Assembly (NCBI RefSeq): GCF_009914755.1
Contig: NC_060931.1
Direction: 5' to 3' (one strand)
Source: the human T2T-CHM13v2.0 reference genome, Homo sapiens
Length of the DNA: 64,000 bases
Shown: positions 43,094 through 55,654 of the stretch, piece after piece
Numbering within the stretch: the stretch's first letter is position 1
Layout: every line of letters starts with the position of its first letter
Made by a program: the position numbers and the translations under genes
Notes under the pieces: generated by a model
Databases searched by the model: none
The model's input: the letters and a program-made list of their open reading frames with translations, nothing else
Told to the model about the DNA's origin: nothing

Positions 43094-45486
43094 ACCCTGG
43101 TAGAAGGTGATTGGATCATGGTGGCAGATTTCCCCCTTGCTGTTCTCATGATAATGAATGGGTTCTCACCAGATCTGGTTGTTTGAAAGCATATAGCACT
43201 TCCCACTTCGTGGTCTCTTCCTCCTGCTCTGGCCATGTGAAGACCAGACTCCCTTCACTTTTGCCTTCTGCTATGATTGTAAGTCTCAGGAGGCCTTCCC
43301 AGAAGCAGAAGCCTATATATCCCTCAGAACCATGAGCTGATTGATCTTCTTTTCTTTATAAATTACTCATTTTAAGGCTTTTCTTATAGCCACGCAATAA
43401 TGGACTAATAAAGAAAATTGGTACCAGAGAAGTGGAGCATTGCTATAAAGATACCTGAAAATGTGGAAGCAACTTGGGAACTGATTAATGGGCCGAGGTT
43501 GAAACAGTTTAGAGGGCTCAAGAGAAGACAGGAAGATGTGGGAAAGTTTGGAACTTCATAGAGACTTGTTGAATGGTTGTAACTAAAATTCTGATAGTGA
43601 TATGGACAATGAATTCCAGTCTGAGGTGGTCTCAGATGGAGATGAAGAAGTTCTTGAGAGCTGGAGTAAAGGTCACCCTTGCTATGCTTTAGCAAAGAGA
43701 CTGGGGCATTGTGCCCCTGTTCTATATATCTGTGGAACTTTGAATTTGAGAGAGATGATTTAGCATATCAGTCAGAAGAAATTTCTAAGCAGCAAAGCAT
43801 TGAGATGTGGCCTGGCTGCTTCTAAAAACCAATGCTCGTCTGCATAAACAAAGAAATGACCTGAAATCAGAACTTACATTTAAAAATAAAAATACCATAA
43901 AATATTGGAAAATTTGCAGCCTGACCATGTGCTAGAAAAGAAAAACCAATTTTCTAGGGAGAAATACAAGCAACCTACAGAAATTTGTATAAGTAAAGAG
44001 GAGCTAAATGTTTAATAGCCAAGACAATGGGGAACATGCCTCCAAGGCATTTCAGAGACCTTCATGGCAGCCCCTTCCATCACAGGCCCAGAGGCCTAGG
44101 AAGAAGGAATGGTTTTGAGGGACAGGTCCAGTGCCCTGCTACTCTGTGCAGCCTCAGGACAGGGCACCCTGCATCTCAGCTGCTCCAGCTCCAGCCATGG
44201 CTAAAGGACTCCAAATATATCTCAGACTGCTGCTCTAGAGAGTGCATGCTGGAAGCTGCCAAGGCTTCCAGATGGTGTTAAGCCTGCAGTTGTGCAAGGG
44301 CAAGAGTTGAGGCTTGGAAGCCTCTACCTAGATTTCACAGGTTGTTTGAAAATGCCTGGATATTCAGACAGAAGTCTGCTGCAGGGGCAGAGCCCCCATA
44401 GAGAACCTCTAATAGAGAAGTGCCAAAGGGAAATGTGAGGTTGGAGCCCCCACACAGAGTCTCCAGTGGGTCACTGCCTAATGGAGCAGAGAGAAGAAGG
44501 CCACCATTCTGTAGACCCAAGCATGGTAGATCCACTGACAACTTGCACTGTGCATCTGGAAAAGCTGCAGGCACTCAATGCCTCAGCCCATTACTCAGTT
44601 CCTAAGTTGCTTTGGCATTTTCAGATATCTTTACAGCATGCTCCACTTCTCTGGTACCAGTTTTCTTTATAAGTCTATTAATAAAGCAGTGGAGCTGCCC
44701 AAGGCCTTGGGAGCCCACCCATTGTGTCAGTATGGCCTAGATTTTAGACTAGGAGTCAAAGGAGATTACTTTGGAGCTTTATGATGTAGTGACTTCCCTG
44801 CTGGGAGTTAGACTTGCATGAGGCCTGTAGCCCATTTGTTCTGGCCTATTTCTCCCTTTTGGAATGAGAGCATTTACCCAATGCCTGTACCTCCCTTGTA
44901 TCTTGGAAGTAACTAACTTGTTTTTGATTTTACAGGCTCATAGGTGGAAGGAATTTGCATTGTCTCAGATGAGATTTTGGACTCTGACTTTTGAGTTAAG
45001 CTGGGAGGAGTTAAGAATTTAGGGGACTGTTGGGAAGGCATGATTGTGTTTTGAAATGTGAGAAGGACATGAGATTTGGGAGGGGCCAGGAGTGGGATAA
45101 TATGGTTTGGTTCTGTGTCCCCACCAAAATCTCATGTTGAATTGTAATTCCTAATATTGGGGGAGGGACCTGGTAGGAGGTGATTGGATCATATGGGCAG
45201 ATTTCCACTTTGCTGTTCTCATGGGAGTGAGTGAATTCTCATAAGATTTGGTTCTTTAAAAGTGTGTAGCACTTCCTCCTTTGCTCTTTCTTCCTCTTGC
45301 TCTGGCCACGTGAAGACCAGTCCTGCCTCCCCTTCACCTTCCTCTATGATTGTAAGTTTCCTGAGGCCTCCTCAGAAGCAGAAGCCTGTATATCCTGGAG
45401 AACCATGAGCCAATTAAACCTCTTTTCTTTATAAATTACTAATTTTCAGGTAGTTCTTTATACCAGTTCGAGGATGAACTAATACA
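43094..45486 (+). mobile_element. MSTA provirus: 5'-clipped LTR 43094-43412, MST-int, 3'LTR 45098-45486
   Basis: Paired LTRs share CTCTGGCCA(T/C)GTGAAGACCAG and CAGAAGCAGAAGCCT. Internal region is homologous to the THE1-int at 26618-28840. Confidence 0.92.
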
Positions 45487-45561
45487 GCCAAGTACTATGC
45501 TAACATATTTCCTCCCTTTCTTAATATAATTAATGAGACAGAGATTGTCTGAAAAAAAAAC

Positions 45562-46600
45562 AGAGAACATCACACTGGTGATAAAAGAAAAACTTCAGCC
45601 AAATTAAATTTAAAGGAGTTCAACTGAGCAATGAACAATTTGCAAATTGGGCAGCCTCTGGAATCACAGCAGATTCACAGAGACTCCAAAGGGGCCTCCT
45701 GGTCAGAACAAATGTATAGACAAAAAAGGCAAAGTGACACACAGGAATTGGAAGTGAGGTACGGAAACAGTGAGATTGGTTACAGCTCAGTGTTTGCCTT
45801 ATTTGAATGCAATTTGAACATTCAGCAGTCTACGGGTGGTTGAAGTATGGCCGCTGGGATTGGGCAACACCCAGCTATTGTTACAGGTACATATACTACT
45901 AAGTTAGGTTTTTAACTTTGTCCGACTATTAAGCTAGGTTACAGTTCATCCACGAGGACTCACATATTGTACAGAGTCCTTCTCAAGCCATATTTAGTTT
46001 ATTTTAACACTGGTAAACTGTATCAATGACATTAGGCTTCTCTAAAGAAGTGAGGAATCATGTCAAGTAACGTGGAAGCCTTAGTGAGACAGATTATCCA
46101 GAGATGGAGTATACACCTGAGGAAGATTCAAGGGATTATAACATCAGTACAATTTTTAGAGGGCCAGAGATCTGGGATATTCCAGGAATTTTCCTCCAAA
46201 GTAAATGACATATTTTTGCATTATTTACTCACATTGCTGAGGAGGAAGCATCATGCTCAGCAGGTGTCTTTGGGCTATGAAAGCAGTGCATTACATACAG
46301 GAGAATGCTGACTAATCTATTTATCAAGTCACCCAAAAGGTTGCTAGTTTTGAGTGGGGCTAGAGCACAAAACACTTTTTTGAAAGTGCAGGGTACAGCT
46401 CAAATTGACCTGCCTCTTGAGCCATATAACCCAGGAGATCTTATGATATTGATGTGTCTGTGATGGGAGAAGATGCCATGTAGCATTTATAATGATCCTA
46501 GTAGGAAAATCTCATAACATGGAATTCCAGCTTTCTGGGCTATGCCATTGTCAGGGAAAATGTATATAACGTTCAACAAAATGGCTGTTAGCATGCTGGA
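45562..46600 (+). pseudogene. Decayed ERV-L-class pol (reverse transcriptase) fragment, split by MER57
   Basis: Rejoined across the TSD it reads NITLV-NCINDIRL (ERV-L has NITLVHYIDDIML). Then VEALVRQ...RKIQG..TSVQFL...SKVND, followed by FEWG, LPLEPYNPGD and LLAC-like segments. Confidence 0.8.
45579..46009 (-). mobile_element. MER57 (A/B1-like) ERV1 solo LTR
   Basis: Reverse complement starts TGTTAAAATAAACTAAATATGGCTTGAGAAGGACTC. Exact TSD CTGG at 45575-45578 and 46010-46013. Confidence 0.85.
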
Positions 46601-48771
46601 AATATACATGCTCACTCCTGCATGGCTGCAATTTGTCCTCACATGCTCATATTCTAACATCTATGCAGATCCTCTTTGACCTAGGTTTGTTGAAGAGATT
46701 ATCTGGTTTTTTTTGTTTGTTTTTTGGTTTTGGTTTGGTTTTCTCTTTTACTCTTTTTTCTTGCTCTCCTAGCTTTTCATTTAATGAGGGCATTTAAGCA
46801 AATATAAAATGTTTCCCACAAAATTCAATGCTATCACCACCATGTCTCTCCCAGAAGCTCATTTAAAATCATAGCCGTACCCTCAAATAGCATTAAGAAA
46901 TATTTTTTGACAATTATTCTCTCAGTTTATGCCTCAAAAAGTATGCCTCAGGAAATAAGCCTTATGAAATGAGGCATTGTATATTATTATATAATAATCT
47001 GTATTTTTAATCTATTGAGAATGTTACCTTTGAACTGTTCACTTCTTATACCCATAACACAACAAACAATGTTTTGTAAATATTAGCTTGTCAAGTAATA
47101 TTGAAATCATAATTAAATAGATAAAATGTGAAAATAAAGAAGAGAAGTAGAAGGGAAGGGGAAAAGTAGGAAGGTTAAAAAGTAAGCAACAGAGCAACAG
47201 GGTTTTCAGCTAATGCATAACTTAAAAAATTTTATCTAGTTACTGAAGTTGATTATATATTATTTTATGCTCTTCTAGTAACTCTTTCCATTAAACTTAT
47301 CTGTGTTATCTCTGCATGATTGCAACAATTCCAAATTTCTTCTCTTTACATTAGATTTTTTTAAAAAAATTAACGTTATATCTCAGAGCATGTTCAGAGG
47401 GCTCATTAGTTTGAGTAAGTTTCCTCATTCATTAGATAATTCATTATTCTTTCTTTTGAATTATTTACTATAATGATAACTTCCTTATTGCTCTGCTTAC
47501 AAGTAATGGCATGTTTCTCATTATTTCTTTTTCTTCAGGACTTTGACATATCTCTATTTCATAAACCATATTTCATTATTGCCAGACAATTTTTTTTTAG
47601 ATTATACTTATTTATAGTGTCCTAGGGTAACCCAAGCTACTTGAGTTCTTGTTAATTGTAAAAGTGCATTTTCTTTGAAATTTGATAGTTTAGCATTTAA
47701 ATTTAATAATACATGTGTGACAACATTTCACTATAGAATCCTTGCCAAATAGCATGTTCCAGTTGATAGGGTCATTTATTTAGTGCCAGAAAGACTGCAA
47801 TTCACCATTCTACCTATTAGCAATTTTCCACAGCAATTTCCAAAATATCATTGTCTTAAATTTAATAAATTGGCCTTTTGAAATATTTTACACATATCTT
47901 ATACCTACTAAATTTAAACATGAAAAACAACTTATAAAATAAAATAAAATTCTGAACAGTTTTCTTAGATCTGTTGTGGTGTGAACCACTGCTTTATTAT
48001 GTAACATAATCTAGGAATAACTCTGTTAATCATTGAAACAGATATTGATACTTTTTTATTTTCTGATAATTCAGGATAAATTACAAATGGACTTGATTTA
48101 TTTTGACTTCTAGGTAAGAGTTAGACTAGAGTTGAAGGTACAAGTCTCTTAAAACTCTCAAAGAGTTTCTTTAGTTAAAGATTATCAGCAATTAATTTTT
48201 TTGGCTGATAAATGCCTAAATTTCATGTTTGGTCTATCAAAATGCATTTTTTCTCACTTCATTATTCAATTAACATAAACAGAGCTGAATAAATTTCTGC
48301 CTCCAGCAACATTTCGGAGACTCAGTATTGTTCAACTTTAGGTTGCTCTCTGTTCAGCCAGGTTAATAGAGACAGAAAAAGACAAAATCTGGATGATGCA
48401 TATGTCACTTCTGCTCATATAACATTAAACGCAACTTCAACACACAGTCTCAGCCAGATACAGGAGGCTGTGAAATGTCCTCTGGGTGAGGCCAGAAGAG
48501 GAGGACACAGTCATTGAGTATCTTGCTGTCTCTGACATGATGCTAGACACTTGCTTTTATTACAATGACAACTATTTACATTTCTTAAGAACATCATTTT
48601 TTTACATCGTAATAATCTTTTTAATTTAAAATAGATTTACAGAAAAGTTACAAAGATAGTAGTGTTTTCAATATCTCACATCTAATTTCTTTTATTATTG
48701 ACATCTTGCATTAATATGAAACATTTTTCACAGTTAATAAATTCATATAAATACATTCTCACCAACAAATC

Positions 48772-49292
48772 TATCATCAGGCAAGTGGGTTTGCTGCCTG
48801 ATGTGCACAGAAGCAGTAACTATGGCACTGGCTTTTAAGAAAAGAAAGCCTTTATTGTAAAACTAATCACCAAGGAGACAGGAGCAGGCTCACATCTATC
48901 TCACTAATTTGGGGCCTGGGGGAAATTTACAGGATCAGAGAGCAAGGGAAAGAATTTGGAATGTTGATTTGGCAGGGTCTGATTGGAAAACTCTAATGGT
49001 GATCATTTGTGTTAAAGTATGTTGAGGCAGATTTTAGCCTCAGATCTTCCAGGCCAATAGACCCCTCATTTTTGAAAGTTCCCACCTTCAGGCTCCAGTC
49101 CTGTCCCAGTCTTCTTGGTTCCGAAAGGAAGAATTGTTGGTTCTGGGTATTGTTAGAAATCAAACCTTTTTCAATTGTGCATGCCCAGTCCATGTGACTT
49201 GTGGTTTTGGTTCTGTGTATACCTACACAGAGGTAACTTGACATTTAGTTATTAATAGAGTAGGCCCAGTTTGGGCTGGTCCAGTGGTTACA
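48772..49292 (-). mobile_element. ERV1 solo LTR (LTR26-like; subfamily uncertain)
   Basis: Reverse complement starts TGTAACCACTGGACCAGCCCAAACTGGGCCTAC. Antisense poly(A) signal TTTATT at about 48851. Confidence 0.6.
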
Positions 49293-49962
49293 AAGCCTAT
49301 ACTCTATTTAGACCCTTCAGATTTTACAAAGTGTTATATTTTCTTATAGGATCACATCCAGAGTACCACATTATATTTAATCAACATGTCTTCTTAGTAA
49401 TCTCTTTCTTGGCTTTGAAAGTGTCTCAGACGTTCCTTGTTTTTAATAACCTTGATAGTTTTGTGGAGTACTTCTCAGGTATTTTGTAGAATGTCCCCCA
49501 AATAGGATTTTCCGGATGGGTTTCCTATAATTAAACTTAGGTTGTGAGTTTAGAGAAGTAAGACCACAGATATAAGTTGCCATCAAGAGGATATAATATC
49601 AAAATAACTTTCGTTGATTTTAGTATTCATCACGTGGCCAAAGTTTGTTTGTCCTATTACCCCACTATAAACTTATTCTTTCCCCCCATTTCTATACAGT
49701 GTTCTTTAGAAAGAAATCCCTATGAAAAGGTCACATTTAAGGATTGGGAAATTTTCATGACTTCCTGGAAAGGACAGTATATAAATAAATTATATAGAAT
49801 GTTTCTAGATGAAATATTTGTCTTTTCTTATACATTTATTTATCTATTCAATAATTTATTTCAGTATGGACTCATGAATATTTATTTTATATTTTAACTG
49901 ATTATACAAAACTACTTTATTTACGTTGTTGTTCATACCTTTCCAACTTTGGTCCCTGGGAG

Positions 49963-50389
49963 TGACAGAGCAGGAGCATTGCCATCTTGGACAAGCATCA
50001 CCATTTTAAAGTTCACCTTGATCAAAAACCACCTAAATCCAAAGGGCATCAGCCTAATGGCTACGATCAGCATGACCATAAACCACAAATGACATTTCTG
50101 ACCAGAAACATTCCAACCATAAGATAAACCCCTTCCCTACCAGACAGATGCCAAGAAAACCTCCACTCCGACCAGAGACATTCCAACCCGCAATAAACTT
50201 CACGACACAGAAACATTCCAAGCCTGTGATAAGTTCTCTTGCCCTGAACCCTTAAATACTCTTAGTCTGTAAGAAAGAATGCTCCTGACCAAAATCAACC
50301 TGAAGCCCCTCTTGGGTTGATTTTCCAAAATAAACCTGTCTTTGACTTTTGAGCCACTTTTTGTGTTTCTTTCCCCTTTAACTGTTACA
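49963..50389 (+). mobile_element. MER83/MER84-type ERV1 solo LTR
   Basis: TGACAGAGCAGGAGCATTGCCATCTTGGACAAGC...AATAAACCTG...TTACA. TSD GGGAG. Confidence 0.75.
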
Positions 50390-50730
50390 GGGAGAGCTGT
50401 CAGCTAGCTCTTCTGTCTTTTTCACATACTCTTATAATTGTGTTGTTTTTGAGCACTGTGTTGCTTTCTGGCAATACAAGATACACCAGTATCAACTTTT
50501 ATATTGCTGCCTTAGTCCTAGAATCAACTGTTTTTCCAAGGAGGCTTCTTGTACTTATTGGAGATGGGTTTTAGAAAAACAAGACCCTGCAGTGAGTTTT
50601 CTCTTTACTGCTGGGGTGACGTGGCTCCTTAGGCCATTACATCAGACAGAGCAAAGACATATCCATATGTACACATAGCCATGTATGTACACATAGCTAT
50701 AAATATCCATCTGTATCTGTATTAAGCTAA

Positions 50731-51328
50731 TGTCAGGACCCAGAGGAAACTTTCTATCTGCCGTCTGAAGGTTCTCTGAAAGTTAACTGGCAAAAATGGA
50801 TTAATAGGAGAAAAAGCATATACATTTATTAACATTGGAGGGGAAGGGGGAATTACTCCCCCCACCCCACACCACATAAAGATTTATATACCGTTTACAT
50901 AGGACAGGGAGGAGATGGGAAATGTAGACTTTTTTTTTTAGGGTCAGTGGCTGTAAATGATTATCAGAGAGAAGAAATGGACCAGGGCAACACAAATTAA
51001 CTTGTAAATGATCCTCTTTGGAATTTGAATGAGCCTGAGAAGCAGGCATTATCTTGTGGAAAAGTCCATCTAGGTGTGGTTGCATTCTTCAGTCTTTTTT
51101 CTGAAATAGATAATGAGATATCGGGGAGGGTATAGGAAGCAATTTTACTTCTTTTGGTAAAAAGTTTTCATGGTCAGATAATGAAATTCCAAAGTGAAGC
51201 CCTTCGGGAGAAGCATGGTGATTAAAGAAACCTAGATTCTGAGGCTTATTCCTGAGGCCTTTCTATTTCCAAAAGCACTCAGCCTGCCAAGCATCATATT
51301 TTGGGAAATAATTTTCTGCACCCCAACA
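50731..51328 (-). mobile_element. MER39-type ERV1 solo LTR
   Basis: Reverse complement starts TGTTGGGGTGCAGAAAATTATTTCCCAAAATATG. Exact TSD CTAA. Confidence 0.8.
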
Positions 51329-51369
51329 CTAAACATGAGGTGATATTAATGTCTGCAGCATTAATGCAT

Positions 51370-52063
51370 TGTGACCACCCAATGGGTAAACCTTGCCTGC
51401 TGCCTAGACAGAGCTGATTTATGAAGACAGTGGAACTGCAATACAGAAAGAGTAATTTATGCAGAGCCAGCTGTGTTGGAGACCAGAGTTTTATTATTAC
51501 TCACATCAGTCTCCCCTAGCATTCAGGGATCAGTTTTTAAGGACAACTTGATGGGCAGGTGGAAGACAGTGAGGCAAGAGTGCTGATTGATTAGGTGGAA
51601 GATGAAATCATAGGGAATTGAAGCTGTCCTCCTGTGCTGAGTCGGTTCCTGGGTGGGGGCCACAAGATCAGATAAGCCAGTTAATCCATCTGAGTGGTAC
51701 CAGCTGATCCATGAGTGCAAGGTTTGCAAAATATTTCAAGCACTGATCTTAGGAGCAATTTAGGGAGGGTCAGAATCTTGTATCCTCCAGCTGCATGACT
51801 CCTAAACCATAATTTCTAATCTTGTGGCTAATGTTAGTTCTCAAAAGGCAGCCTAGTCCTCAGGCAAGAAGGAAGTTTGTTTTGGAAAAGGGCTGTTACC
51901 ATCTTTGTTTTAATATATAAACTATAAACTAAGATCCCCCCAAAGTTAGTTCCATCTATGCTCAGGAATGAGCAAGGACAGCTTGAAAGTTAGAAGCAAA
52001 ATGGATTCAGTTAAGTTAGATCTCTTTCACTGTCTCAGTCATAATTTTGCAAAGATGGTTTCA
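51370..52063 (-). mobile_element. LTR8 solo LTR
   Basis: Reverse complement starts TGAAACCATCTTTGCAAAATTATGACTGAGACAGTGAAAGAGATCTAAC. Exact TSD GCAT. Confidence 0.88.
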
Positions 52064-52460
52064 GCATCACCACATGACCAACCTGTCCTTCTCTATTTGC
52101 TTTTCTGAAAACTGCCACTCCATCAGTGAGAAACCAGGCTCCTATCATCCAGCATTCACGTTCTTAATTGCTCAATCCCAGTTGACATGTTTCATTATTT
52201 CAGAACTGTTAACATGTAACCCTGTGTGGGAAGCAATATTATCAACTAGATAAGAGTGACTTGTCTTTAGTTTTCCAGACTTCATTCATTTTCCAAGTCA
52301 CTTAGAGCCATACCTTTTGATCTCATTCATTTCTGTGAGGTTATTTCATGTTTTTTTCAGTATATTTTGTCACAGTGAACATTTTATGCTGAGATCCCCT
52401 GACCTATATGATTGATTTTTTCTTACATTAAATTAAGTCTTTGTTTTGTAATGAATTTTC

Positions 52461-52788
52461 AACAAGATATGTCACAGAAATATATTTTGGGGTAAAATAT
52501 TTCTTTCTTTCAGGGCATGCTATCTATCATTTGATGTATTCTAGAGTTGGGTTGGAATTTATTTTATTGCTACAAAGTGTTCTGTCAGCATTAAGACCTT
52601 TGTTTAATGTTAATGCAGGTAAGTTGTGCCTGAATTCCAAAGGGAGAAGAGTATAATGAGGCATGTATCACCTCTTCCTTCCCATCATGTCCTGAACTAG
52701 TTTGTTAGGTTAACTTTAAAATGCCCTTGGCTGACAGGAAGATCCATTCAGTTGACCGAGGGGCACAGAATTCTATTTTTGGTTTACA
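52461..52788 (-). mobile_element. MER4D/B-type LTR, partial
   Basis: Reverse complement starts TGTAAACCAAAAATAGAATTCTG. The left end is lost. Confidence 0.75.
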
Positions 52789-53704
52789 GAATCATACTTT
52801 ATGTAAGCTTTTGACCTGGCTGTTTCATTTGGAAATATGCCTTTGAGATTCCCCTATGTCTTTATGATTAATGATTCGTTTTCTATCAATGAATAGTTTT
52901 CAATTATGTGAGTGTACCATAATCTATCCATTTATCTATTGAAAGATATCTTGTTTTTTTTCCACTTTTCAGTAATATGAATACAGCAGCTATAATGTTA
53001 TATTCAGGTTTTGTGTAAATGTAAGTGTTTTAATCACTTAAGTAAATACTTGAGGTAGTTACTAGGTCACATGATAAAATTATGTTTAACGTTGTAATAT
53101 ACTGTCAAACTCTCTTCCTAAGTGGCTGTATCATTTTGCCTTTCCACACGCAATAAACAAGAGTTCCTGTTACTCTACATCCTTGCCAGAATTTGATTAT
53201 GTCTATATTTTAGACATTAGCCATTGTGATAGTTATGTACTGGTATTTTGTTTTAATCTGCACTTCCCAAAAAGCATAAGATGTTAAACAGCTTTCCATA
53301 TACTTATTTTATATCTGTATTGCTTTTTTGGCAAGGTATCTTTTGCACATTCTTTATTGGGTTGTTATTTTCCTTATACTTGATTTTTATCATTTCTTTG
53401 TGTATTTTGGATACAAGTCACTTATCAGATGTATGTTTTGCAAATATTTTCCCTCATTCTCTGGCTTGTCTTTTAATTCTCTTACCTGTGTCTTTCACAC
53501 AGCAGAATATTTTAATACAATCAAATTTATAAATTTTTTTCCTTAGTGATGCTGAAACACATTACCTCACCCAAAGTCATATAAATTTTTTTCTTATGAT
53601 TTCTTCTGGCAGTGGTATAGTTTTCAATTTTACGCTTATGTCTATGGTCCATTTTAAAATAATTTTGCAGTAATGTATAATCTCTAGGTCTAATTGATGT
53701 TCTG

Positions 53705-53820
53705 TTCTTCTTCTTCTTCTTTCCTCTTCCTCCTCTTCTTCCTCCTTCTCCTCCTCCTCTTCCTCCTCCTCCTTCTTCCTCCTTCTCCTCCTTCCTCCTC
53801 CTCCTTCTTCTTCTTCTTCC
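53705..53820. repeat. (CTT)/(CCT)n pure pyrimidine tract
   Basis: About 115 bp of C/T only. Confidence 0.95.
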
Positions 53821-55654
53821 ATAAAACTTCATATGATCATCCAATTTTTCTAGCACCATTTGTTTAATATGCTGTTCTTCCTCCATTGAATTGCCTTTAT
53901 TCCTTTGAGAAATATCTGTTGACTAATTTCTGCATGTTTATTTCTGGAATTGCTAGTGTTCAATTTATCTATTTGTCTATATTTTGCCAATATCATGTTC
54001 TGATTATTGTAGCCTTTTAGTAAGTCATTAAGTTAGGTAGTGTCTGTCCACCATCTTTCTTCTTTTTCTTTAATATTGTGTTGGCCATTCTTGGACTTTT
54101 TGTTTTCTGTATAAATTTTATAATCAGTTTATAAATATTTACAAAATTTCTTCATGGAAATTTGCTTGGGACTGCATAGACTTTATAGATTATATGGGGA
54201 AAAATTGATATCTTAACAAGATTGAGTTTTCTATCCATGAACATGGAATATCTCTCCATTTACTGATATCATCTTTGATTTTTTTTTTACCAGTTCTTTC
54301 TAATTTTATACATGCATATCCTGTGTATGTTTTTAAGATGTATAGCTAAGTATGTTTTGGCACTATTGTATATAATATTTTTAATTTCAAATTCCAATTA
54401 CCCAAGGCTAGAATATACTAAAATGGTTGACTTTTGTATATTGTCCCTGTGAACTTGTCATACTTATTATTAATATCACAAGTTTTTTCTGTAGAGACTT
54501 TGTGTATGTACGTGTTTGTGTATGTGTTTACAAAGGCAATAGTTTCTTCTGGAAATAAAAAGAGCTTTATATTTTTCCTTCCAAAAACATAGAAATAATA
54601 AATTAAAAGGAATGCAAACCTCACAGTTTTCAGATCAAAGTTTTCTTAAAAGTCTGTATTTTTTAATTTGAAGTCTAAAATTTTATCTATAACACAAGAC
54701 TAATAATGCCCTATAATTAATAAAGTCCTGCATATTATTAAATATGTACAAATTAAAGATGAAGTAATACAAAAGAATTATTGTTATTATCATTGTTGTT
54801 GTTGTTGTTGTTGCCACACTTAGCTAACAGCTTTAACTCCATAGGAAAAGGGTATTGGAAGTTAATGGCAGAGGAAAAATTAACAATATGTATTATTCAT
54901 TACAAATACATATTATGTTTCAGATGTATGTAAAATAAACCGCAATTTGTTTTCAATCCATGTGTGAATCTTAAATAGTTGCTCCTTCTTCTCGTCTTCC
55001 ACCTCTTTTTCTTGTTCCTGCTCTTGTTCTTCTCCTTTACTTCATCCTCTTTCTCCCTCTTTTTTCTCTCCTCTTCCTCCTCCTCCTTTTTTAGACATCA
55101 GTATTAAAGAATGTCTCCATGTCTTCTAAATAGATATTTAGACCAACAGAATTCAATTGAAAATTGGTCCCAATTTTATGTTTCAAAATTGTTACTCTAA
55201 CAAATACCTTCCCTATAGAACAGCTTTATTAAAGCATATTTGTTACAGAATGTACCTAATCACTCAGTGACATGTAGTCAGAACTCAGTAGATTCATTTA
55301 AACTGATTTCATAACTGTCATCAATGATTTTTTTTATTAAACTACCAAATATCTTTCTTTAAGGTTTAAATTTTAATGCAATTAAAGATTTCACTGCTTT
55401 ATTGGGGGTTTTCCATTTTTTAAATTGTTGTAAAATACACATAACATAAAACTTACCATGTTAGCCTCTTTCATGTGCACAGTTTAGTAATGTGAAGCAT
55501 ATTTGTTGTGCAACCAATCTCTAGAATATTTTTATCTTCCAAAACTGAAGCTATATACCCATTATACAAGTCCCACTTTCCCCCTTCCCGTACCATTGGC
55601 AACCACTATTCTGCTCTTTGTGTCTCTGAATTTGACTATTCTAGATATCTCATA

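Larger units (their letters stand above)
48615..54585 (-). mobile_element. L1MC/MD 3' region hosting five ERV1 LTRs
   Basis: Antisense L1 text resumes after each LTR, e.g. AGATTTACAGAAAAGTTACAAAGATAGT, TGTCAAACTCTCTTCCTAAGTGGCTG and CTATCCATGAACATGGAATATCTCTCCATT. Confidence 0.75.

Noticed and set aside
53527-53886. Poly-E/R/G ORFs
   Set aside because: Translation of the CT-rich simple repeat.
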